From NCBI GenBank assembly GCA_964592405.1, contig CAZQBY010000005.1, forward strand, positions 1-64,000: DNA of 64,000 bases. Reading direction: 5' to 3'. Origin of the DNA: an uncultured archaeon. Its GTDB lineage: Archaea; Altiarchaeota; Altiarchaeia; JAFGQM01. The translations under genes were made by a program, and so were the position numbers. Each line of letters opens with the position of its first letter. Positions within the stretch are counted from its first letter, which is position 1. The notes beneath the pieces are model-generated. The model had not been told where the DNA came from. It ran no database searches and saw only the letters and a list, made by a program, of their open reading frames with translations. Below are positions 41,682 through 49,791 of this stretch, one piece after another.

Positions 41682-42213
41682 GCCGAGGTCGGCGCAAACC
41701 CTCGCGGTTTGCTCACCTCAGCGCTCATAAGCAGAAAGGAAACCTACGCCGAGGTTGGGCGAACCTTCGGTTCGCAACCCTCGGCTAATATTCAGGGAGG
41801 ACGTTCACGCCGAGGTCGGGCTCGCTTCGCTCGCGACCCTCGGCACATTTGTAGAAGAGCTACCTTTGCCGAGGTGGGTGTAAACCTCTGCGGTTTGCTC
41901 ACCTCAGCGCTCATAAGCAGAAAGGAAACCTACGCCGAGGTGGCGGAATCTGGCTAACGCGCCAGATTGGAGATCTGTGGACCTCCTGTCTACCAAGAAC
42001 GGGGGCCATTTCCAGACATCTGGTGCCCTTCGGGGCGTCTGGGTTCAAATCCCAGCCTCGGCGCTTCATTGTCTAAGCGACGCCTCGCGCCGAGGCGTCT
42101 GTTCACCTGCGCAACTTAGCGGCGAACAGGTGAACATCCCAGCCTCGGCGCTTCCTTCTCTAGGCAAATTAGCTGAGGGTCCCTGCAGCTTCGCTGCAGG
42201 TCTGACCTCGGCG
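41682..42213 (+). repeat. Array of six tRNA-Ser acceptor-stem-closed hairpins flanking tRNA-Ser
   Basis: Units GC(C/T)GAGG...CCTC(G/A)GC at 41682-41722, 41748-41785, 41809-41844, 41868-41908, 42089-42149, 42172-42212; spacers 22-26 nt. Confidence 0.85.
41934..42063 (+). tRNA. tRNA-Ser (GGA) with a 45-nt intron at 37/38 (41973-42017)
   Basis: Acceptor GCCGAGG/CCTCGGC-G73; anticodon arm CCAGA-TT GGA G|A-TCTGG; long variable arm GCCC-TTCG-GGGC; T arm CTGGG-TTCAAAT-CCCAG. Confidence 0.93.
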
Positions 42214-42278
42214 CTTCTACTCTACTTAGCTTAAGCTTGGCGCTAAATCTATTTATCCCACAACGCGCTAACCTAACC

Positions 42279-42530
42279 ATGGAAACTGTATGGCTTGGCT
42301 ATTTTGCCGGCATCCTTACAATGGCAGCATTCGTCCCACAAGTTCTGAAGAGTGTTACAACCCGGAGTACAAAAGACCTATCGCTCCCCATGCTTGTGAT
42401 AATGGCAGCCGGTCTGTGGATGTGGCTCACATACGGACTGGCAACTGGCGATCCGGCATTGATATTCACAAATATCATTCAGGGGAGCCTTGCGACAAGT
42501 CTTGTGATACTCAAGCTTAGGTATGGATAG
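42279..42530 (+). CDS. SemiSWEET / PQ-loop family transporter
   Basis: AGILTMAAFVPQVLKS..TRSTKDLS..LWMWLTYG..N; 3 TM. Confidence 0.88.
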   Translation: METVWLGYFAGILTMAAFVPQVLKSVTTRSTKDLSLPMLVIMAAGLWMWLTYGLATGDPALIFTNIIQGSLATSLVILKLRYG

Positions 42531-42578
42531 TCTGTTTTTCTTACCTTTTCCATATAATCCCCGTTCAACAAGTCCAAC

Positions 42579-44510
42579 ATGCTTGAATCCACTTGGACCA
42601 ACCACACTGGGAAAAGCCGTATTGGAGTCCGACTACCCGGAAAGAGGGGGTTTTATGTCTCAGCCCCTCTCCTCGGAGCTACACTATTCCTTGTAGCAGC
42701 GGTCTTGGCCGCCACAGTTGCAATAGAGAACGAGGCCCGTATACAGGTGGCAAGGAGCGCAGATATTCTGGGCAAGCTGCAATTCATGTCGCAGGCCATA
42801 CTGGCTGACAGTTATAATGTCCTGTTGCAGACCAAACTTGAGGTCATGACAAAAGATTTCCTAGAGAGGGGATATTTTGATATAGACACACAGGAGAATG
42901 ACTGGAAGCAGTCAGTCAAGAGCAATCTGCAGAGCTATTACATAGACAACTTGGGCGAAACACTTGGACTGGATATAGCCGCCTATGCTAAGGCATATAG
43001 CAATGTCCCAGGAATAGACAAGTGCTGGGTAGGGCATGCAGGAGACTACCAGTCAACACCCACTACTTATGACTCCAGCACGAATGATGGCAGTATTATG
43101 GTTATGGCAGCATCCTATGGTGAACGTATAGAGTGTGATGTCAGAGAACCCGAAGGACATCTTTCAGTGGACATACTGGGGAGGGCCTACAGAGTCAACA
43201 TACGTGTTGCAAAGCTCTATGATACTGCCAGATGGGTGATACTCACAACAAAAGGAGCACTGAACAGTGGCATAACCGGCGTGCCGGAGCCAGTAGCCTC
43301 TTGGAGCAGTTCCAGATGGATCAGAATCAAAAAGACGGATAATATCCCCGTGAATCCACAGGACTCACAGAATCTTCAGGCCATAATAGAGGACTGGAGC
43401 AGGATAATGAAATGGCTGGGCGATAGGATAATAAGCATATCCAACAACTATCTGAGTAGCAGCGGGCTGGTGGGTATCAGCCTTAGGGAGTTAGACATTG
43501 AAAAGGAAGAAAACGGGAAAGAACGGGGGCTGATGGACTTTGATATTTCATGCGCGGGGGAGAAGCAATACAGAAACTGTATGCCGTTTAGACTCAAGAT
43601 AACACTGGGAGATGCCGACTGCAGTAAGGGCGGGGAGCCCGTCATGTATGGATCAGAAAGTTTCTATCATCTGGCAGAGGAAAACCGATGGTGGATCAAA
43701 TGCGGGGCGTCTGCCTGCCCACAGGAATTTAATGAGATCATGTACCAGATACTCAAGCCGATAGAAAGCGTCTGCGTGGACTACTTTGCCTATGTGGACT
43801 CAGTTTATCCGGTCTGCAGGAAGTGGATAGCAAAGGAAAAATCACTTACGATAAAAGGGGTTGTGGAGGACGACCACGAGGACTACTTGGCCACAGGATC
43901 CGAACATACACAGTTTAGGTTTAAGGACCAGCAGCCGAATGTTGATGTGACTACTACAAAGAAAAACCGCCTCAGATGTGATAAAGAGGGAATTGGTGAG
44001 CTGAAGGAGAATGACATCAATGTATACAAAAACAATGTGATCATCCTGCTGGAAAACATCATCATGAAATTTGGGGTGGCACGGGTTCCGGGCAGTTCTC
44101 TAAAAAGATGGGTAGACAAGGGAAGTGTTATAAGAGACCTAGATGATCCAACCCTGAAGCAGATATACAAGAACATCTATGGTCAGGGAGTCTTCCCCAA
44201 AATCTGTTTTATGGGAGGTATTGCATCCAGCGACGAGTGTAAGAAACCCGAAATGTCGGAAAAACCCCAGATTGAGATATGGGTGGATTGGGACGAGACC
44301 AGAGAAAACTGCATAAATATGGTGGATAAGCTCTGCCAGACCTTCTACAATGACCCATCCCTAACAGCAGTTCCTGAATATACTGAGACATTCTGCAGGA
44401 ACCTCTTCCCAAGGAAGGAGGATGCAGTAGGAGGATATGGAAGATTGAGATGCGCCGGCAAGGGGGACGGGATATACATAGAGATAGGTCCTGGAGACAC
44501 TACCCCCTAA
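42579..44510 (+). CDS. Large Cys-rich surface protein with a class III (pilin-like) signal peptide
   Basis: GKRG|FYVSAPLLGATLFLVAAVLAA; many Cys in the mature part. Confidence 0.6.
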   Translation: MLESTWTNHTGKSRIGVRLPGKRGFYVSAPLLGATLFLVAAVLAATVAIENEARIQVARSADILGKLQFMSQAILADSYNVLLQTKLEVMTKDFLERGYFDIDTQENDWKQSVKSNLQSYYIDNLGETLGLDIAAYAKAYSNVPGIDKCWVGHAGDYQSTPTTYDSSTNDGSIMVMAASYGERIECDVREPEGHLSVDILGRAYRVNIRVAKLYDTARWVILTTKGALNSGITGVPEPVASWSSSRWIRIKKTDNIPVNPQDSQNLQAIIEDWSRIMKWLGDRIISISNNYLSSSGLVGISLRELDIEKEENGKERGLMDFDISCAGEKQYRNCMPFRLKITLGDADCSKGGEPVMYGSESFYHLAEENRWWIKCGASACPQEFNEIMYQILKPIESVCVDYFAYVDSVYPVCRKWIAKEKSLTIKGVVEDDHEDYLATGSEHTQFRFKDQQPNVDVTTTKKNRLRCDKEGIGELKENDINVYKNNVIILLENIIMKFGVARVPGSSLKRWVDKGSVIRDLDDPTLKQIYKNIYGQGVFPKICFMGGIASSDECKKPEMSEKPQIEIWVDWDETRENCINMVDKLCQTFYNDPSLTAVPEYTETFCRNLFPRKEDAVGGYGRLRCAGKGDGIYIEIGPGDTTP

Positions 44511-44576
44511 ATCCGCTGGATATATCCGCCACATATCCTAATTGTGACTTTTCTAACTTGATGTTCAAAACCTATT

Positions 44577-45227
44577 ATGCTTTTTGACCACCACATCCAT
44601 TCCAAATATTCTGCTCTCGACTCCGCTTCGGAGATAGGGGACATAATAACATCAGCCAGAGAGCGGGGACTTGGAGGGATAGCAGTGAGCGATCATGATG
44701 AGATAACCGGGTCGCTTATTGCTGCAAAACGGTCTTCAGACGACCTGATTATAATTCCTTCGGTAGAAATAAGTTCAGCAGATGGGCATATTATCGGATT
44801 TGGCATCAAAAAAAAGATTGAGGCTGCCCTTTCGGCAGAGGAAACCATAAGGAGGATACACCACCTCGGAGGCATAGCTATAGCGGCCCACCCCTACGAT
44901 GTCTTCAGGCACGGTGTAAAGGATCTGTGCTGGAAGCTGGACTTTGATGCCATAGAGGTGAACGGCCACTGTCTTTATGGAAACAGGGAGGCTGAGAGGG
45001 CTGCAAGGGAGCATAAAAAACCACTGGTTGGAGGGAGCGATGCTCACGCATTGGGTGGCATAGGTGTAATAGCAACCGAAGTCAATGGCAACGGAGCAGA
45101 TGAGATTATGCAAAACATCATGGAAGGTAAGTGCAGACCAGTTTACTGCAGGAACAGAATTTCACTCAAAACCTCAATAATTACAGACAAAATCTTTAGA
45201 AAATACCACCTAGCAAGGAGGCTATAG
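44577..45227 (+). CDS. PHP-domain metal-dependent phosphoesterase
   Basis: DHHIHS..S.D, SDHD, GH, AHP, GGSDAH. Confidence 0.9.
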   Translation: MLFDHHIHSKYSALDSASEIGDIITSARERGLGGIAVSDHDEITGSLIAAKRSSDDLIIIPSVEISSADGHIIGFGIKKKIEAALSAEETIRRIHHLGGIAIAAHPYDVFRHGVKDLCWKLDFDAIEVNGHCLYGNREAERAAREHKKPLVGGSDAHALGGIGVIATEVNGNGADEIMQNIMEGKCRPVYCRNRISLKTSIITDKIFRKYHLARRL

Positions 45228-45530
45228 CTTTGACATTATATTACGGAGAATGGTCTTTCCCCTCTCAAACTCCTCAATTCCTGCCTCTGTAATGTGATAA
45301 TACTTGCGATTGCGGCCATCCACATGTTTGTCTATTTTCCGGACAAGACCCCTATGCCTCAGGGAATACAGAACACGATAAGCCGTCACGTTGCCTGGCT
45401 TGAAACCAAAACGCTTGGCTATGGCCCCTCGCAGTTCATAACCATACATGTCCCCCTCTCTGAGCAGAGAGAGTATGTAAAGCCAGAGATTCTCCTTCGT
45501 AAGCTTATGCATAAGACGTTTGGAAGACAT
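45222..45530 (-). CDS. PadR-family transcription regulator
   Basis: ILSLL..MYGYEL..YRVLYSL..GLV..RKYYHITEAG. Confidence 0.9.
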   Translation of the reverse strand: MSSKRLMHKLTKENLWLYILSLLREGDMYGYELRGAIAKRFGFKPGNVTAYRVLYSLRHRGLVRKIDKHVDGRNRKYYHITEAGIEEFERGKTILRNIMSKL

Positions 45531-45572
45531 GGTTTATTATGATTTATAGACATAAAACTATGTGAAATCCTG

Positions 45573-46265
45573 ATGGCGAAACTAGGGCAGCATGTCATGG
45601 TTGATAAGCGGGTTTTGGAGAGGATTGCGGACAGCGCACAAATCAGAAAGGGCGACAGGGTGCTGGAGATTGGAGCAGGAGATGGCATTTTGACAGAAGA
45701 ACTTGTAAACAGGGGCGCCCATGTAATTGCAATAGAGATAGACGGGAGACTGTTTGAAAGTCTTAGGGCGAGGTTCCCCAGTCAGCAACTTATCAATGCT
45801 GATGCCCTGCGGGTCAGGTGGCCGCCATTTGACAAGTGTGTTTCCAACCCGCCTTATTCTATTTCCAAGAAGCTTATACTCAAGCTACTCCAACACAATT
45901 TTAAACTTGGAGTTCTTACTCTCCAGAAAGAGTTTGCAGAGAAGCTGGCAGCAAAGCCGGGAGAGAAAAAATATGGAGTTGTATCTGTCTGCACACAGCT
46001 CTGCTGTGATATTGAATTACTTGGCAGGATTCCAAGAAATGCGTTCAGACCACAGCCGAAAGTGGATTCAAGACTCGTTCGCCTCACAACAAGGCTGAGG
46101 CTGGATACCGGCTTCCTCTCATTTGTAAGAGAAATGTTTCAAAAGCGCAACAAAAAAGTTGGTGCTAGAAGGGTCAGAGAGCTCAGGCCAGAGGATTTTT
46201 TAACCCTTTACCAACATAATAAAACCCGGAGCAGACCGGCTCATTGCCAGTTCCCCAGCCTGTGA
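45573..46265 (+). CDS. rsmA: 16S rRNA adenine dimethyltransferase KsgA/Dim1
   Basis: LGQH, LEIGAGDG, EID, SNPPY, QKEFA, FRPQPKVDS. Confidence 0.92.
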   Translation: MAKLGQHVMVDKRVLERIADSAQIRKGDRVLEIGAGDGILTEELVNRGAHVIAIEIDGRLFESLRARFPSQQLINADALRVRWPPFDKCVSNPPYSISKKLILKLLQHNFKLGVLTLQKEFAEKLAAKPGEKKYGVVSVCTQLCCDIELLGRIPRNAFRPQPKVDSRLVRLTTRLRLDTGFLSFVREMFQKRNKKVGARRVRELRPEDFLTLYQHNKTRSRPAHCQFPSL

Positions 46266-46514
46266 TTCAAAAGAAACAGTAAAAAATCCTCTAGATACCC
46301 CTCCACTCCGTATGCTCATCAATATCCTTTGTGTATGTGGGTCCCCCATCTGTGATTGGAGGCAGTCTGACCAAAACAAATTTTTGAAAGTGATTAAAAA
46401 TTACCAACAGCGAAGGGCAGAAGCTGAGCATTGGTTAAATATCTATAACATCAAGATATAGTTGGTATAGTTTGTGATGCCTATCAAATTTTTCATCTCT
46501 ATAATCTCTATATA

Positions 46515-47078
46515 ATGGTTGAGATAATCCAGATCGAAGAGACCCGCCCTTCTTCCATTGCGGAGCGCATAAGGGGGGGTGAGGTGTTCATATACCCGAC
46601 GGATACAGTCTATGGCATAGGCTGCGATGCATTCAACAAAGATTCAGTGAGACGCATATTCAGGATAAAGCAAAGACCCAGGAACAAACCGCTATCGGTG
46701 GCCTTTTGCGACATTGACCAGCTCCTCCGTTGCGTCTCCCTAAGTAGTGGGCAGGAAGCGCTTCTCAGGAAACGGTTGCCCGGACCATATACATTTATAG
46801 TCATGAACAGGACAATACCAAAGATTGTAACCGGTGGGCTGGATACAATCGGTGTCAGAATTCCTGACTACGGGCTGGTGAGAAGGATAATCCGGGAGGC
46901 AGACACGCCAATAGTAACAACCTCGGCTAACATCTCTGGGGAGAGGGCACCCGACTCCCTCCATGAGATATCATGCGATCTTCTCAACAGAGTTGATTTT
47001 GTAATTGACGCCGGGAAATGTGAACTTGGCAGACCCTCGGAAGTCATAGACCTGACAACCGGCAGGAGGCTGCGCTGA
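46515..47078 (+). CDS. tsaC: Threonylcarbamoyl-AMP synthase (TsaC/YrdC, short single-domain form)
   Basis: YPTDTVYG, IKQRP.NKPL, PGPYT, GVRIP, TTSANISG. Confidence 0.9.
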   Translation: MVEIIQIEETRPSSIAERIRGGEVFIYPTDTVYGIGCDAFNKDSVRRIFRIKQRPRNKPLSVAFCDIDQLLRCVSLSSGQEALLRKRLPGPYTFIVMNRTIPKIVTGGLDTIGVRIPDYGLVRRIIREADTPIVTTSANISGERAPDSLHEISCDLLNRVDFVIDAGKCELGRPSEVIDLTTGRRLR

Positions 47079-47135
47079 AGATTCCTATAGTATCCGCGAT
47101 CCGGACTTTTTACTCCTGCCGGATAAACTAATGAA

Positions 47136-48551
47136 ATGGCTCTGAGCTCGGTATTGAGGAAGGTTGATGAAAAAAAGGGCAGTATAATAAAACTGAAGGA
47201 AAAGGCATCCATCTCACATTTCAGGAGAGAGAGATCCAAGACCGGATTTGAGGTCGAATTTTTGCTAGTCGACGGCAAAGGGCGCGTGTCCAACAGGGCA
47301 GACTCTGTCATCAGGCATATAAAAGACAACAGCATAGCCAATGAAGTCATAAGGGAATGTTGTCATTCCTATATTGAGATGGGGGTATATCCGAGGATAT
47401 ACGTGCGTAATGTGGCAACAAAGTTCCTTGGAGATATGCTTAGTGTCCTGGATGTTGTCGAGGGACTGGGCCTGCAGATATTCCCTTTGGCCATGTATCC
47501 TTACAATTACAGGCCAAAGATGAGATGTGATGGGTGGTATGGGCTCAAGAAAAAAATCTTCGGCAAAAAGTGGGAATATGCCGGCAGATGTGCTGGCTTC
47601 CATCTTCATTATTCATTACCCAAGGGGATATTCAGTTATGAGGACCGCCATCTGGTCAAAGATGCACTGCAATCTGAGAAGGAGAAGACTCTGAATTCCT
47701 ATAATTTTGCAATTGCAATCGACCCGGCCCTGACAGCATTCACACAATCCTCACCACTTTTCAACGGAAGATTTCTGGGCAAGGATTCAAGATTGCTCCT
47801 ATACAGAGGAGGTAAGACTCTGGGATACGATGGCCTCTATACTGACTATCCGCTGTTTGGTGCACTGTCGGGTTACATATACAGCTACGAGGATCTCATA
47901 GATCTGGTTTCAATGCGCCATCGGGAGTGGCTCAGGATTGTCAAAAGCGCTGGAGGGGATGTAACCATCCTGGAAAACAAAAACAAACTGGATTTTGCTT
48001 GGAACCCTGTGAAGATAAACAAGGTTGGATCAATAGAATTGCGCAATATGGACATGAACATGCCCTCAATTTTGATGGCAGTGGCAGTCTTGGTGAAATA
48101 CGCTTTGAGGGATATCCAGAGGGAGGGACTGAGGGTTGTGCCGGACATCCTAGCTATAGACGAACCATTCAGATTTGAGGATGATACCATATATATCCCC
48201 CCATTCAGACATGTGAGTGATAGGTTACAGAAGGGAGTAGCACTGGAGGGATTTGAGAACGATCTGGTTTATGCCTACTGTAAGAGGTTTTTTGCATTAT
48301 GTCTGCATTTCGTTAACAGGAAGTATTATCCGGTCCTAAAACCTATTAAGGAGATGCTTAAGGGGAGAAAAACAGTCTCTGATGAGATTATAAACATGAT
48401 AAAAAAGAGGGGCCATGATTGCAGAGGGGAGGTGCCTGAGCAAATCCTGAGGGAAATTGTTCTTTATTACTCAGGGAGACTTAGGCGCGATATAAACAAA
48501 ACAAGAAGGCTTATGGAATCCCTGACTGAGGAGGAGCGCGTCTGGCTCTAG
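47136..48551 (+). CDS. Glutamate-cysteine ligase (GCS2)-like carboxylate-amine ligase
   Basis: GFEVEFLLVD, YIE, GFHLH, SSPLFNG, SIELRNMD. Confidence 0.7.
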   Translation: MALSSVLRKVDEKKGSIIKLKEKASISHFRRERSKTGFEVEFLLVDGKGRVSNRADSVIRHIKDNSIANEVIRECCHSYIEMGVYPRIYVRNVATKFLGDMLSVLDVVEGLGLQIFPLAMYPYNYRPKMRCDGWYGLKKKIFGKKWEYAGRCAGFHLHYSLPKGIFSYEDRHLVKDALQSEKEKTLNSYNFAIAIDPALTAFTQSSPLFNGRFLGKDSRLLLYRGGKTLGYDGLYTDYPLFGALSGYIYSYEDLIDLVSMRHREWLRIVKSAGGDVTILENKNKLDFAWNPVKINKVGSIELRNMDMNMPSILMAVAVLVKYALRDIQREGLRVVPDILAIDEPFRFEDDTIYIPPFRHVSDRLQKGVALEGFENDLVYAYCKRFFALCLHFVNRKYYPVLKPIKEMLKGRKTVSDEIINMIKKRGHDCRGEVPEQILREIVLYYSGRLRRDINKTRRLMESLTEEERVWL

Positions 48552-49660
48552 GATAGAAAGCTGCGAGTGAAACCAATTATTGCTTCTGTCGCCTTTACCA
48601 TCCCGGGTATTAATGCATATTCTCCTGGTTTGTGAGCCTGATTATTCTCACCGGGGCCAAATATTATAGCGGGGGTACCTCGTCTGTAGAAATACTCTGA
48701 GTCTGCCCTTCCCAGTGCTATCATCACCTCAACATTCTCTCCAAAACTTTTTTGGATGCTCTCCTGAAAGGCTTTGACAAATCTTGAGTCCTCATCAAGG
48801 AAATAGCCAGGAGAGAAATAGGGTATCTCCACATCTGCCCTCACACCAGACTGTTTAATGGCCCTCGTAATCTTGCTTTTGACATCCTCCCTCCCGGGAA
48901 GTGTCCTGTAGTCCACAGTGACCTTGCAGAGCGAGGGTATGATGTTGGTGGCGGGTGAGTTACTATTTATCCCGACTATGGAAAGCGTTTCTGGCAGTTC
49001 CCTGCCAAAGTAGTGGCCCCTGAGCAGGTCGTGCTCTTTCAGATGCTGCACAAGCTTCACTGCCTCTTCTATTGCATTCTTTCCAGTATGGGGCCTAGAT
49101 GAGTGTGTGCTCTTGCCTCTGACATCTATCTGCAGTATCATCCTCCCCCTGCATCCAGCTGATATCTTGGGAACCCCTTTATACATGGTTGGTTCGAGCA
49201 CTATACAACCATCTGCCGTATAACGCTCTGCCGCGTACATACTTCCCTTCGGCAGGCGCCTGTTCTTCAGGACCGATTCCTCAGCTACAGTAAAGGCTAG
49301 AATGAGCTTACCTTTCAGTTCTCTCTCGTCAATGCTCTTTGCAATCTCCATCATAGAGGCCACTCCGGCTTTGCAATCGGAGGCTCCCAGACCGATTATC
49401 CTGTTCCCTCTTATCTCACCAGAATATGGATCACTGTTATATCCCTGTGGTGGGACCGTGTCCAGATGCGCATTGAGCATAAGCGACTTTCTACCAGAGC
49501 CCAGCTCGGTGTAAACACTGCCAACTTCGTCAGTTATAGTCCGGATACCGAAACCCTCCAGGTCGTTCTGCACGAACCTTGCTATAGTCCCTTCACTGCC
49601 TGTGATGCTGGGAATGCGGATAAGCTCCTGCAGGGTCTTCACTAACCGCTTTCTGTCCAT
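48548..49660 (-). CDS. M20 metallopeptidase (ArgE/DapE family)
   Basis: NAHLDTVP, GLGASDCKAG, EE, GKSTHSS.P, FGPG..AH..E. Confidence 0.9.
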   Translation of the reverse strand: MDRKRLVKTLQELIRIPSITGSEGTIARFVQNDLEGFGIRTITDEVGSVYTELGSGRKSLMLNAHLDTVPPQGYNSDPYSGEIRGNRIIGLGASDCKAGVASMMEIAKSIDERELKGKLILAFTVAEESVLKNRRLPKGSMYAAERYTADGCIVLEPTMYKGVPKISAGCRGRMILQIDVRGKSTHSSRPHTGKNAIEEAVKLVQHLKEHDLLRGHYFGRELPETLSIVGINSNSPATNIIPSLCKVTVDYRTLPGREDVKSKITRAIKQSGVRADVEIPYFSPGYFLDEDSRFVKAFQESIQKSFGENVEVMIALGRADSEYFYRRGTPAIIFGPGENNQAHKPGEYALIPGMVKATEAIIGFTRSFLS

Positions 49661-49694
49661 CGGACTGGTATTTTATGCTTAGTGGATGAAAAAT

Positions 49695-49791
49695 AAGCGG
49701 TGATGAAGCGAACAACCACTGAGGCTTTCGCAAGAAAGCCGGTGATGAGCCTTATGAGCACTGAAAGTCATGCCTGTCGCAAGGTCCGCTT
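49695..49791 (+). ncRNA. Box C/D guide sRNA (predicted targets 23S Um2552 and tRNA-Met Cm34)
   Basis: C GTGATGA 49700-49706; 12-nt guide; D' CTGA 49719-49722; hairpin; C' GTGATGA 49742-49748; 12-nt guide; D CTGA 49761-49764; terminal stem AAGCGG/CCGCTT. Confidence 0.9.

Noticed and set aside
41682-42213. CRISPR array interpretation of the repeat-spacer pattern
   Set aside because: Only the 7-nt ends of the units are conserved and they match the tRNA acceptor stem; interiors vary, a real tRNA sits inside, and no cas genes are in the window
41068-42234. ORFs 41068-41472, 41270-41476, 41342-41728, 41443-41646, 41709-41957 and 41977-42234
   Set aside because: They overlap tRNAs, the SRP RNA and the hairpin array and have no protein motifs
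46201-46514. Short minus-strand ORFs at the rsmA end and in the rsmA-tsaC gap, one with SRGFF
   Set aside because: Under 40 aa, no hydrophobic segment after the motif, no other support
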